From positions 5,519-69,518 of IMG/VR virus record IMGVR_UViG_3300017748_000005: a stretch of DNA of 64,000 nt; one strand, given 5' to 3'. Of this stretch, positions 37,777 to 46,945 are shown in pieces; position 1 is the stretch's first letter; every line of letters starts with the position of its first letter. The position numbers and the translations under genes were made by a program. The notes beneath the pieces were generated by a model. The model had not been told where the DNA came from and ran no database searches. It saw only the letters and a program-made list of their open reading frames with translations. The stretch is from a virus.

Positions 37777-38424
37777 ATGACAATCGCTACTTCACCTGTT
37801 CTAACCGTTGATTCCTCTTCACTCGTCGCTGAGTTTGGTGGATCCAGCAATGTTGCTGTTGACGTTATGATCGGAGTTGGTCTCGTTAAAGACAGTGAAG
37901 CTGTCTTCTTTCAGTACGTTGGTGACGACAACAAGCAGGCTTTGATGCAAGCCAACGGGAGACCCGTAACCAGCATTCACCCTGTAACTGTTACTGGCAT
38001 CGGCATTGCTGATGACGTGTACAAAGATGCTGGCTTCTCTGGCGCAAAACTCAACTTGTTTCTGCGTACCCAGAACGGCACCAACGTAATGCTTACTTCT
38101 GGCCTCACCACTATGTGGTCTCAGTGCATCACTACTTGTTTGATGGGTCTGTATTCACAAAACTCTCTTAACAGCCTGATCAAACTTGACACCTACAAAG
38201 GTAAGTCCAGTAAAGGTGCATGCTTTGCATCTATGTACAACAACGGTAACAAAGTAACTAGCAACGCGATGTATCAAGACCTTGCCGATGCTCGGCAGTC
38301 ACGTAACTACGATGAGGTCGAAAGGCTTCAGCGCAGTGCGATTGAGCTTGTATCCGCTGCAATTACTGAAAGTGCTGACGTACAGCCTACTGAAGTTGTT
38401 GTAGAACAAGAAGACAACTTCTGA
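37777..38424 (+). CDS. Hypothetical protein with acidic C-terminal tail
   Basis: 215-aa ORF ending EQEDNF. Confidence 0.65.
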   Translation: MTIATSPVLTVDSSSLVAEFGGSSNVAVDVMIGVGLVKDSEAVFFQYVGDDNKQALMQANGRPVTSIHPVTVTGIGIADDVYKDAGFSGAKLNLFLRTQNGTNVMLTSGLTTMWSQCITTCLMGLYSQNSLNSLIKLDTYKGKSSKGACFASMYNNGNKVTSNAMYQDLADARQSRNYDEVERLQRSAIELVSAAITESADVQPTEVVVEQEDNF

Positions 38425-38440
38425 ATCAATTAATACACAT

Positions 38441-38462
38441 GGGCTCCATTCTTGGAGCCTTT
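38441..38462 (+). terminator. Possible terminator hairpin
   Basis: ggctcca-ttct-tggagcc-ttt. Confidence 0.45.
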
Positions 38463-38477
38463 GATTTACTATAAATA

Positions 38478-38690
38478 ATGGAAACAACCGAAGTATTTAA
38501 ACACGACTTGTTTGAAGCTGTGACTATTTGTCATGCAGCTCTCGCACAAGATTCTCCTGAAGATGAACGATTTTATTTGAATCAGCTTTTGAATCTTCTC
38601 TTTGCTTACTTGACTCGTGCACAACGAGACGAGATCGAAGTTTATTTAGCAGAGAAGAAGTATCTACCACCTGTAAATCTTATTCTTTGA
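38478..38690 (+). CDS. Small hypothetical protein
   Basis: 70-aa ORF. Confidence 0.55.
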   Translation: METTEVFKHDLFEAVTICHAALAQDSPEDERFYLNQLLNLLFAYLTRAQRDEIEVYLAEKKYLPPVNLIL

Positions 38691-38694
38691 TCTA

Positions 38695-39036
38695 ATGACT
38701 GACATCTCACTGCTTGTTTTTACTCAAGAAAACTGTCCACCTTGTTATCGATTAAAAGAATACATCAATCGCCTTCCGGTACAACAGCAAGAGCTTATTG
38801 AGTTTGTCCCGCTGCGAACTGCATCTGGTCAACTTACTGCGCTTGCTGAAGAGTGTCACGTTGAGCTAACCCCTACTTTAGTTGTTGCCGCTGAACATGT
38901 CGAATGTACAGATGACGATGGTATTGAAGTGTGTGATCTCATTGATGAGCCAATCGAAACTATTGTTGGCGGACAAGCAATCACTATTGCATTGCCTGGC
39001 GTAATAAAAAACTACAGCAACTTTGAATTTGTATGA
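38695..39036 (+). CDS. Thioredoxin/glutaredoxin-like protein
   Basis: VFTQENCPPC, TPTLVV, IVGG; close to RNR genes. Confidence 0.7.
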   Translation: MTDISLLVFTQENCPPCYRLKEYINRLPVQQQELIEFVPLRTASGQLTALAEECHVELTPTLVVAAEHVECTDDDGIEVCDLIDEPIETIVGGQAITIALPGVIKNYSNFEFV

Positions 39037-39239
39037 CAAAAGAAGTGATCATTGATTTGACACGAGAAGAAATGGTTGATCGCCTCATAGAAGAAACCTA
39101 TGACGGCATGGACTACAAAGCCTTATGGCACTACTTCGAACACTATCAGCAACTTGAATACGCTGATTGGACTATTAAACAAATTGAACAAGAATACAAA
39201 GAGTACTTTTTAGATGAGCAAGAAAGCGAATGTAATTGA
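39033..39239 (+). CDS. Small acidic protein
   Basis: 68-aa ORF, ATGA overlap. Confidence 0.55.
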   Translation: MTKEVIIDLTREEMVDRLIEETYDGMDYKALWHYFEHYQQLEYADWTIKQIEQEYKEYFLDEQESECN

Positions 39240-39441
39240 GGCCAAAGGCACGATTTATAAGGAAAGTGGTAATGGATACTTTAATGTCAGATTAGCCGAT
39301 CCAGATGGCCACGAATGTTTATGCCGTGCATCTGGTCGGCTGATCACACGTAAAATTCAATTGTTAGTTGGTGACAAAGTAACAGTTGAGCTATCACCAT
39401 TCGACTTAAGTAGAGGTAGAATAACTTTACGAGATAAGTGA
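39214..39441 (+). CDS. infA: Translation initiation factor IF-1
   Basis: VIEAKGTI..FNVRL..SGRL...IQLLVGDKVTVELSPFDLSRGRITLR. Confidence 0.88.
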   Translation: MSKKANVIEAKGTIYKESGNGYFNVRLADPDGHECLCRASGRLITRKIQLLVGDKVTVELSPFDLSRGRITLRDK

Positions 39442-39515
39442 TGTCATCTTCAAATAAGTGTTCGCATTGTTCCTGCAAAAAGAATCAAACACTCATTAAA
39501 CTACATAAACACACA

Positions 39516-39869
39516 ATGGACTTACAATCCCAAGCCGAAGCTTTTCGGCATGCCTACGGTGTAGTTAATTCACCGGACAAAGCAGATATGCAGCTGGGAC
39601 TTATTCGCGAAGAGTATTCCGAATTAAGGGATGCTCACTATGACGATGACATTTCAGCTGAGGCAACTCTTAAAGAGCTTGCTGATGTTGTGTACGTATG
39701 CTTTCAATATGCAGAGAACCTTGATTGGGATCTAAATACGGCCCTTGTTCGAGTCCATGAAAGCAATATGTCTAAGTTAGGCCTTGATGGTAAACCCATC
39801 AGACGTAACGACGGCAAGATCCTCAAGGGACCAAATTATCAACCCCCGAACCTTTCTGACCTTGTATAA
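39516..39869 (+). CDS. MazG-like nucleoside triphosphate pyrophosphohydrolase
   Basis: LIREEYSEL, LKELADVVYV, VHESNMSKLGLDGKPIRRNDGKILKGPNY. Confidence 0.85.
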   Translation: MDLQSQAEAFRHAYGVVNSPDKADMQLGLIREEYSELRDAHYDDDISAEATLKELADVVYVCFQYAENLDWDLNTALVRVHESNMSKLGLDGKPIRRNDGKILKGPNYQPPNLSDLV

Positions 39870-39876
39870 CTTAGAA

Positions 39877-41277
39877 ATGAAGTCTGCTATTGCTAGAACT
39901 GGCCGTGTTGAAAACTGGATGAATAATCCGGACGGGCGGCTTCCGGTGTCCTGCACCGTTTTTATTGTCGAAGACTCAATGGAGGGTCCAAATGGAATTG
40001 AAGCATCATGGAGATTTGTTAGCCACGCTCTACGATATGGAGCTGGCGTTGCAGTCCATCTATCTAAACTCAGAGGAGCCGGAACTAACAACGGCAAAGG
40101 ACTCGTTGCGTCGGGGCCTGTATCGTTTGGCAAAATCTATAGCTGCCTTAACGAGCAACTCAGAAGAGGAGGAATTTACAAGAATGGAGCAGTTGTGCTC
40201 CACCTGGACATTTCCCATCCAGACATCCTCGAATTCGTAAACGTTGAACGGAAAGAAGTTCCTTGGGCTAAGCGATGTGTGAACCTAACGACAGAGCTTT
40301 GGAAAAAAGCCAGTGCTGTGGTCAAAGAAGACATTCTTGCAGGTATAGCACGAGGTGATATCTGGCTTGCAAAAATTAAGCATGATCAGAAAGGTGAACG
40401 CATTTATGCCAACGTTTGCCTTGAAGTGTTTCTCAAAAGCCGAGGCACCTGTCTCCTCGAACACATTAATTTAGCAGGTGTAGACCTCGATCAATTGCCT
40501 ATGCAGTTCTATCGTGGTATGGAAGAGCTTATTGATCTTCACGCTAAAACTGGTGTAGGAGACACCGGAGAGTATCTAACTCCTGCAGTTGATCGTCAAG
40601 TAGGTTTAGGCATGATTGGCTTAGCTAATCTGCTGTCAATTCATGGCGTGACCTACCAAAATTTCGCTGATGCACTAGATACTTATCACTGTAAACCTTG
40701 CTCTCGTCCAACGACTCGTGCTGCTTATAAAATTGTAGAAGTCTTAGTTCATGGCATCAAGTTGGCATCCAGCCTTGCTGAAGAGGCAGGCATGGATAGG
40801 GCCTTCGCCATTGCACCAACTGCTAGCTGCTCATACCGATATAAGGACACTCAAGGTTTTACGACCTGCCCTGAATTGGCTCCACCAATCGGACAAGTTG
40901 TAGACCGTGATAGTTCTACTTTCGGAGTTCAACAGTACAACTACGGTTCTGTTGAAACAGCGGAAGAAGTAGGTTGGACGGATTACAAGCGAGTTGTTGA
41001 TGGAATCTGTCAACTTCTTACTGATACAGGATTGTTTCACGGATATAGCTTTAACTCCTGGAGCGACGTTGTTACTTACAACGAAGCATTCATTGAGGAG
41101 TGGCTAGACAGCCCTCAAACGTCCCTGTATTACAGCTTGCAGGTCATGCAGAATACACAAGCTAAAGATGACGCTATGGCTGCTCTTGATGCCACGGAAG
41201 ACTTCTCTACCCTTTTCAATTTTGATGACGAAGCAACTGAAGAATCAGACAATTTCTGTGTCTCATGTGCTGAATAA
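39877..41277 (+). CDS. nrdA: Ribonucleotide reductase alpha subunit (short cyanophage type)
   Basis: PVSCTVF, NVCLEV, TCLLEHINL, AIAPTASCS, SLYY, C-terminal CVSCAE. Confidence 0.88.
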   Translation: MKSAIARTGRVENWMNNPDGRLPVSCTVFIVEDSMEGPNGIEASWRFVSHALRYGAGVAVHLSKLRGAGTNNGKGLVASGPVSFGKIYSCLNEQLRRGGIYKNGAVVLHLDISHPDILEFVNVERKEVPWAKRCVNLTTELWKKASAVVKEDILAGIARGDIWLAKIKHDQKGERIYANVCLEVFLKSRGTCLLEHINLAGVDLDQLPMQFYRGMEELIDLHAKTGVGDTGEYLTPAVDRQVGLGMIGLANLLSIHGVTYQNFADALDTYHCKPCSRPTTRAAYKIVEVLVHGIKLASSLAEEAGMDRAFAIAPTASCSYRYKDTQGFTTCPELAPPIGQVVDRDSSTFGVQQYNYGSVETAEEVGWTDYKRVVDGICQLLTDTGLFHGYSFNSWSDVVTYNEAFIEEWLDSPQTSLYYSLQVMQNTQAKDDAMAALDATEDFSTLFNFDDEATEESDNFCVSCAE

Positions 41278-41464
41278 TCTTTTTAACTATGACATTTACA
41301 AATTAACTTATGGTACTTACCGCCCAAGAACTCTGTGTAATTATTTGGTGCATGGAGTATACAGAAAAAGCTTTTGATCCAGATGGAGCAGACTTCAAAG
41401 TCTATTCAAATGCACTCAAAAAGCTAGATAACGAACTAGAGCACTTTTCACATTATTAAAGACA

Positions 41465-42190
41465 ATGAAAACTCGATACACACAGCTACATGCCCGCAAG
41501 CGCGTCTGGACTCCGGTCGAGGTGAACGCTGGCAAACTGCTTGAAGGCGGTGAAGATGTAGTCAAGCGCGGCCTTGCACTGCGGTGTTTAGAGATTCCCG
41601 TAGGTGATTTTATTAGCGACGCTATGAAAGGTGATCTACCTACAGATGCAGGTTGCAAGGAGCTGCTGCTTTCAAACGTACAAGACGAGCTTAATCATGA
41701 TATCGCACTCAATTTTGCGGCATCCGCCCATAGAGTCCCAGATCGATTCGAGGCTGAGGCGGAGAAAATTTGTAAAGCGTGGCTTGAACTGGATCGGCAC
41801 CCAGTTCTCAAGGCTGTGGTCCTTGAAAGATCCGTGTTTTTCGTGCTCTTGCCAATCTTCCGATTCCTCGGAGATACAGGATTACGCACAACAAGTGCCG
41901 ATATCTCACGAGACGAACAAACCCACGTAGCTGCTAATTCTCTTGTCTGCGCTGAGCTTGGTCTTACATCTGACAAAGAGATCAATAACCTTCGCAGAGC
42001 AACCATTGCCTGGGCTACTCAAAGTCTTGCTGCTGAACACGAGAACAAGCACCTCTCTAAGAATTTCTGGATGAAGTGCTCTGATTCTTTGTATGCACGC
42101 GGGAAAGCCGAGGGTCTTAGCGACACACGAGCTAGCCGTATGCCAGCGTTCTTTGAAAGTAACAACGTCAACTTACCCCAGTACGCTTAA
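41465..42190 (+). CDS. nrdB: Ribonucleotide reductase beta subunit (ferritin-like)
   Basis: LRCLEIP, DELNH, LERSVFF, ISRDEQTH di-metal motifs; downstream of alpha. Confidence 0.75.
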   Translation: MKTRYTQLHARKRVWTPVEVNAGKLLEGGEDVVKRGLALRCLEIPVGDFISDAMKGDLPTDAGCKELLLSNVQDELNHDIALNFAASAHRVPDRFEAEAEKICKAWLELDRHPVLKAVVLERSVFFVLLPIFRFLGDTGLRTTSADISRDEQTHVAANSLVCAELGLTSDKEINNLRRATIAWATQSLAAEHENKHLSKNFWMKCSDSLYARGKAEGLSDTRASRMPAFFESNNVNLPQYA

Positions 42191-42194
42191 ATTA

Positions 42195-42455
42195 ATGCCA
42201 ACTAAAATTCAAATTGTTGCTGAAGGTATCTGTCCAGATACCTTCGACGACAAACAACTACCTACTGACGTACACATCGTGACTTTTACTAAAGATGGTA
42301 AGCGTCAGTTCGATGCAGTCCGTGCTTATTCTAAAGCAGATATATTTGATGAGTACTACGACAAGTTAGGGAAAGATAATCCAATCCACTCAATTGTTAG
42401 CGGCTATGGCCGCATTAAACCTCTTTTATATGGCAAAATCAAAGACCAAAGCTGA
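42195..42455 (+). CDS. Hypothetical protein
   Basis: MPTKIQIVAEG...; ATG at 42195. Confidence 0.55.
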   Translation: MPTKIQIVAEGICPDTFDDKQLPTDVHIVTFTKDGKRQFDAVRAYSKADIFDEYYDKLGKDNPIHSIVSGYGRIKPLLYGKIKDQS

Positions 42456-42539
42456 TTATATTACGATGCTGAAATTATTGGTTACAGATAAAGCTAAGAA
42501 GCTTACTGTCAAGCAACTCAAACAACTAATTGCAAAGTA

Positions 42540-43580
42540 TCAATAACCGTATGCTTCAGCATAGGGTGACTTGCTCCAATTGGCCTTGTTCTTTTGAGAA
42601 TTCTCATACCAAGTACTTGAATTGTCTACTGCACCATCTTGTCTTTTCTTGGCCCAATCATATTGACCATATTTCTGCATGTATTCACCATCATCAGCAT
42701 AGTAGTTCATTCTGTTGTCATAAAGATCTGATTGCTGCTGCTGAGTTTCGGCTCTTGTCTGAAAGTTTTCAGTAGTAGATCTCCAGTCTTGGCCTTGAGT
42801 ACCAACACCATAGTTTTGATCGTAGTTCTCTTTACCACCAAACTGTCTGTATAGACCCATGCCGTGAGTCGATCCACCCCACTCACGATTTACATCCATG
42901 TTTGTAAATTTCTGACCTGTTCCCAATAGACGTTCAATTGCACTATTTTTAGCACTATTATTAGAGTAATTTCCTTCTAATTCCATTCTTTTCTGGTAGT
43001 AAGCAGATTCGTCAATGCCGGTATTAGTTCTGTTGCCCACTACTCCAGCAGCTTTCGCATCGCGGCTTGCCTGCGCATAAGCATTTGCTGAATCTGTCCT
43101 ATCTATTTTCACTTGCTGTTGTCGAGTATTTCCATAACTATTAACACCACCCGAGTTATAGTTGTCTTTACCACCACCTTGATCTTTAGCCTTGTAATAA
43201 CCAGGAGTCCACCCCTTGTCATCCATTTGCTTAGCAGTGTACTTAGTTACACCGTCAGGACCATAGTATTTCTTGTCAGTCGCATAACCAGCATTCTGAC
43301 TAGAAACACCTAGTTGAGTACTTGGAGCTGGCGAGGGAGTTGGTTGAGGACTAGGAGCTGGGGAGGGAGTTGGTTGAGGACTAAAAGTAGGTGCAGGAGC
43401 TGGCGAAGGTGTTGGAGCAGGGGCTTGCGCCTGTGCTTGAGGTTGAGTTTGAGTTGTATGTGCCTGCGCCCTCTCTTTAGCCTCAGCTCTCTTGGCCATA
43501 TGAGCCGATCTACTACCAGCCTGCTTTCGCTGCTGTTCACTCATCTGAGACCACTTCAAGTCACCAAACTTATAAGACAT
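42540..43580 (-). CDS. Low-complexity protein with KWSQMS motif and Pro-rich linker
   Basis: 346-aa antisense ORF; PAPTPSP repeats; TACAAT 25 nt upstream. Confidence 0.6.
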   Translation of the reverse strand: MSYKFGDLKWSQMSEQQRKQAGSRSAHMAKRAEAKERAQAHTTQTQPQAQAQAPAPTPSPAPAPTFSPQPTPSPAPSPQPTPSPAPSTQLGVSSQNAGYATDKKYYGPDGVTKYTAKQMDDKGWTPGYYKAKDQGGGKDNYNSGGVNSYGNTRQQQVKIDRTDSANAYAQASRDAKAAGVVGNRTNTGIDESAYYQKRMELEGNYSNNSAKNSAIERLLGTGQKFTNMDVNREWGGSTHGMGLYRQFGGKENYDQNYGVGTQGQDWRSTTENFQTRAETQQQQSDLYDNRMNYYADDGEYMQKYGQYDWAKKRQDGAVDNSSTWYENSQKNKANWSKSPYAEAYGY

Positions 43581-43611
43581 GCCTACTATTAATTAATACC
43601 TTTTTATTGTA

Positions 43612-44244
43612 ATGAATAACGCAAAGCTCATTTGGATCACTCCTGACACTGAAAAATTGATCGCTAAAATAGCAAGAGTATCCAATCCAAAAAACGAAGA
43701 TAATCCTGACTGTGAAAAACTCCTCAAGTATCTCATCAAACATAAGCACTGGAGCCCATTTGAGATGGCGTCCATGTGCGTCGAGATTACGACTACACGC
43801 GCTATTGCTCCGCAAATCTTGCGACATAGAAGTTTCTCATTCCAAGAATTCAGTCAAAGGTACGCCATTCCAACTGAATCATTCCCAACAGTAATTCCTG
43901 ATCTCAGAAGACAAGACACTAAGAACAGGCAGAACTCTATCGATGACCTGCCAACTGAAACATCAGAGTTCTTAAAAGCACGGATTGATGCTCATTTCAG
44001 AGAAGCTGTGGATTTATATCAATATATGCTTGAGCATGATGTTGCAAAAGAGTGTTCTAGGTCTGTACTTCCCTTGAATACATGTACTCGTCTTTACATG
44101 TCAGGCACAATTCGTAGTTGGCTTCATTACTGTGATTTACGTTGCGCCAATGGTACTCAGCTAGAGCACCAATTAATTGCAACTAATATTCAAGAACTTC
44201 TGTGCGAAGAGCTTCCAACAATAGCTCGCGCAATGTGGCATTAA
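43612..44244 (+). CDS. thyX: Flavin-dependent thymidylate synthase
   Basis: HWSPFEM and RHRSFSFQEFSQRY signature. Confidence 0.95.
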   Translation: MNNAKLIWITPDTEKLIAKIARVSNPKNEDNPDCEKLLKYLIKHKHWSPFEMASMCVEITTTRAIAPQILRHRSFSFQEFSQRYAIPTESFPTVIPDLRRQDTKNRQNSIDDLPTETSEFLKARIDAHFREAVDLYQYMLEHDVAKECSRSVLPLNTCTRLYMSGTIRSWLHYCDLRCANGTQLEHQLIATNIQELLCEELPTIARAMWH

Positions 44245-44286
44245 TCTCTACACTGAAGACTGAAAGAAGTAAGTTTTCAGTCAATA

Positions 44287-44949
44287 ATGAACTTCATCGC
44301 CGCAACTTTTGAATTACGATCCGCAGAAAGAGTTCCAGTTACTGCTTATGGGCTTGAGTATATCTCTGCTGATGCTATTGTGCCCGGCTCTAGTGGCGCT
44401 TCAGAGGTTCGAGTACGACTTCTCTGTTACGACCGAGAGGGAGCCAAGCTCGATAACTTCAAAAACTGGAAGACAGGCACACGTGCACTAATTACCGGAA
44501 ACATTGTTTTCGGTGATGATACCGCTAAGCCTCTTGACGTTCTAGTCACAACTATTGAATGCAATATCCCTAGTGATATGTATTGCAATCAAGTAGTTCT
44601 AGGCAATGCATTCTTTAGTACTAGTGACATCAAAGAGCGCAAGAACGATACTATTGCCACAAAAATTGGCACCACACTTGATAACTCAGATACAACTACC
44701 TGGCTTTACTTTGAAACCCATTCCTCTCGCAAAGATAAACTTTCTTCTCGCATTCGTAAGGGACGCCCATGTTGCGTTCAGGGCTATCTACGCGAATATC
44801 GCAAGGATGACGCTGACTCCCCTTATCGAGCTATTGTCGCTCAAGATTTCACTGTTAGAAAAGATCGTGAGCAGCGCTCATCGAGGTCATCAGCTAGCGG
44901 CTCGGCGGCGGGCTACGGAGTTGAACCGGATCCGACACCAGATTACTAA
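44287..44949 (+). CDS. Tandem OB-fold SSB-like protein
   Basis: Two SSB-like halves (KTGTRALITGNI; NQVVLGN..IRKGRPCCVQGYLREY), tail EPDPTPDY. Confidence 0.55.
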   Translation: MNFIAATFELRSAERVPVTAYGLEYISADAIVPGSSGASEVRVRLLCYDREGAKLDNFKNWKTGTRALITGNIVFGDDTAKPLDVLVTTIECNIPSDMYCNQVVLGNAFFSTSDIKERKNDTIATKIGTTLDNSDTTTWLYFETHSSRKDKLSSRIRKGRPCCVQGYLREYRKDDADSPYRAIVAQDFTVRKDREQRSSRSSASGSAAGYGVEPDPTPDY

Positions 44950-45000
44950 CGGTCCAAGAACCACTAGCCCTTACTGGTGGGAACAACCTATATACAAAAT

Positions 45001-45025
45001 CCCCCGTCGTTGATGGGGTTTTTTT
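45001..45025 (+). terminator. Intrinsic terminator
   Basis: ccccgtc-gtt-gatgggg followed by T7. Confidence 0.6.
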
Positions 45026-45329
45026 ATCTGCCGCGTAACATCCGCATAGCTTCAGCTTGCCGCGCTCTTCGGTCTAACAATTTGCCAGCGATGCCGGAAG
45101 CCTCAATTACTTCGCCTCGATCAGCTGCTTCAATTGCTTTGTCAGCATCTCCACTAAACCAGCTAAATGGATTTAGCGGATTTACTTCTGCTGTTTCCAC
45201 TACTGGAGCAAAATCTGCTGTTCCACCATCGTAAAAAACACCTGGATTCTCAGTGCTTTCAGATAGCAGCATAATACCATCGTTTAGGTCATCTAGTCCT
45301 AAGCCTTTACCTGCTAATCTAATGGCCAT
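45024..45329 (-). CDS. Small antisense late-type protein
   Basis: 101-aa ORF; TAGAAT 23 nt upstream. Confidence 0.55.
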   Translation of the reverse strand: MAIRLAGKGLGLDDLNDGIMLLSESTENPGVFYDGGTADFAPVVETAEVNPLNPFSWFSGDADKAIEAADRGEVIEASGIAGKLLDRRARQAEAMRMLRGR

Positions 45330-45419
45330 GTCTACTTAAATCACATATAACTATTCTATAAACCTCGCAAAATACTTTTATTCTTCTTACTATTTATATG
45401 TATTGAAATGACTTAAACA

Positions 45420-46163
45420 ATGCAAATACTTCCACCCGAATTACTTGGTGAAGGCAAAAAAGATAGGATCGAGACCAAAGAACCGCAACCTTACTTCAAG
45501 CCCAGTTCTCTTAAAGATGGCGAAAGCGAAGAGTTTCGGCTTCTCGGCTGCTACGAAACAGGGCATGCGGTCACTGGCTGGCAATACCCTTCTGAGAAAG
45601 TTGATGAAAAAGGTGAACTTCGTTTCAACGGTTTTGTTGTTACTCGTTCTTACCCCGCCAATGCATCTGACATTGCACGGGAGACTGACTGGTCTAAGCC
45701 AGATCGTCCTAAGATTGATGGCACTCAGTGTAAACCTCGCAAATTCCTTGCTTGGGTTGCCTCATCTGCAGCACGTGGACGTCTCGAAGTACTGTTCATT
45801 GAACAGAAAGGCTTGCGTGAACAACTAACTGAAGTTCTGCAAGAAATTGAAGACTACACATGGACCGAAGAAGGTCTCGCTAACTTCTCAATTAAAATTA
45901 CCCGTAAAGGTCAAGGGCTTGAAACTGCCTATTCAATCTTGCCTAAAGTCAGAAAAGCTTCTGACAAAATTAAAAAAGAGTGGGTAGAGCAGAAAGAAAC
46001 TATCTGGCTCCCTAATTACTTTGAAGGTAAAGATCCATTTGATGGTAAACAAGTTGAAGCCAAAGGTCTTCCAGCAGGCGGAACTGACAAGTGTGGCGCA
46101 ACCGTAATGCCTTCTAAAGCGAAAAGTAAAGAGCAAGCTCCTGCCGTAGAAACTGATTTCTAA
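45420..46163 (+). CDS. Putative phage ssDNA-binding/annealing protein
   Basis: LKDGESEEFRLLG..FSIKITRKGQGLETAYSILP and acidic-aromatic tail ETDF; replication context. Confidence 0.5.
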   Translation: MQILPPELLGEGKKDRIETKEPQPYFKPSSLKDGESEEFRLLGCYETGHAVTGWQYPSEKVDEKGELRFNGFVVTRSYPANASDIARETDWSKPDRPKIDGTQCKPRKFLAWVASSAARGRLEVLFIEQKGLREQLTEVLQEIEDYTWTEEGLANFSIKITRKGQGLETAYSILPKVRKASDKIKKEWVEQKETIWLPNYFEGKDPFDGKQVEAKGLPAGGTDKCGATVMPSKAKSKEQAPAVETDF

Positions 46164-46165
46164 TT

Positions 46166-46501
46166 ATGTCTATTCAAAATCTCCCACCCGAAATGCAAGC
46201 GCGTATTGCTGCCATCATGGCTGGCAATGTGCCTGCAGGTGAAGCACCACAAGCTCCACAAGCACAGCCCAGTCCTGAAGCTCCAGCTCCTGTCACAAAA
46301 CCACCATCACTTGTTGATCATGTTGTCTGTCTTCGACAAGAGGTTGGACATTTGCACCAGCAAAATGCAGCTGTACTTCAAACGCTAGAAGCTGTGGGGC
46401 AGGCTGTAGCTTCCCTGTATGAAATGTTTCAACCAACCCAACAGCAGACGTATAGCTCTGCATTCACTCAACCGCAAACACAAGATCAAGAGGATTTCTA
46501 A
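46166..46501 (+). CDS. Hypothetical coiled-coil protein
   Basis: 111-aa ORF. Confidence 0.55.
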   Translation: MSIQNLPPEMQARIAAIMAGNVPAGEAPQAPQAQPSPEAPAPVTKPPSLVDHVVCLRQEVGHLHQQNAAVLQTLEAVGQAVASLYEMFQPTQQQTYSSAFTQPQTQDQEDF

Positions 46502-46503
46502 AC

Positions 46504-46635
46504 ATGCAAGATTACGAACTTGAAACTCGCAATGAAAAAGCCGAACGGCTTAATGGCCGTATTGCAATGCTCGGCGTTATTGCTGCACTAGGTGCTTATG
46601 CGCTGACTGGGCAAATCATCCCAGGTGTTTGGTAA
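46504..46635 (+). CDS. hli: High-light-inducible protein (43 aa)
   Basis: NEKAERLNGRIAMLGVIAALGAYALTGQIIPGVW, read manually. Confidence 0.92.
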   Translation: MQDYELETRNEKAERLNGRIAMLGVIAALGAYALTGQIIPGVW

Positions 46636-46655
46636 GACCAAACAAGACATCATTC

Positions 46656-46677
46656 AAAGCTGGTTAACACCAGCTTT
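46656..46677 (+). promoter_or_regulatory. TAAC hairpin element
   Basis: aaagctggt-TAAC-accagcttt; AGT 15 nt, ATG 39 nt after loop. Confidence 0.75.
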
Positions 46678-46707
46678 TTTATTAGTGTTCAATATTTACT
46701 GAAGATC

Positions 46708-46890
46708 ATGGTTGACTTGTTTATTCACGAAATGCATGAACCTGCTGTTCGTAAACTTAATAAGCAACAAATGTGTGACATCATCAATCAAATTGATGGC
46801 CATAGTATGACACCTGATGTATGGACGAAGAAAGAGTTAATGGTCTTCCTCATAGAGGGGGGAGCGTATGACTCTTGGCTTCGCCAATAA
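46708..46890 (+). CDS. Small hypothetical protein
   Basis: 60-aa ORF flanked by two hairpins. Confidence 0.55.
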   Translation: MVDLFIHEMHEPAVRKLNKQQMCDIINQIDGHSMTPDVWTKKELMVFLIEGGAYDSWLRQ

Positions 46891-46897
46891 ACCCAAG

Positions 46898-46917
46898 CAA
46901 CAGGCTAACGCCTGTTG
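46898..46917 (+). promoter_or_regulatory. TAAC hairpin element
   Basis: caacaggc-TAAC-gcctgttg; ATG 36 nt after loop. Confidence 0.75.
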
Positions 46918-46945
46918 TTTTTACTAATGCTAAGCATATAGTCAA

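Noticed and set aside
43320-43430. Short tandem DNA repeats here and at 33700-33780
   Set aside because: Explained by Pro/Thr/Ala linker coding.
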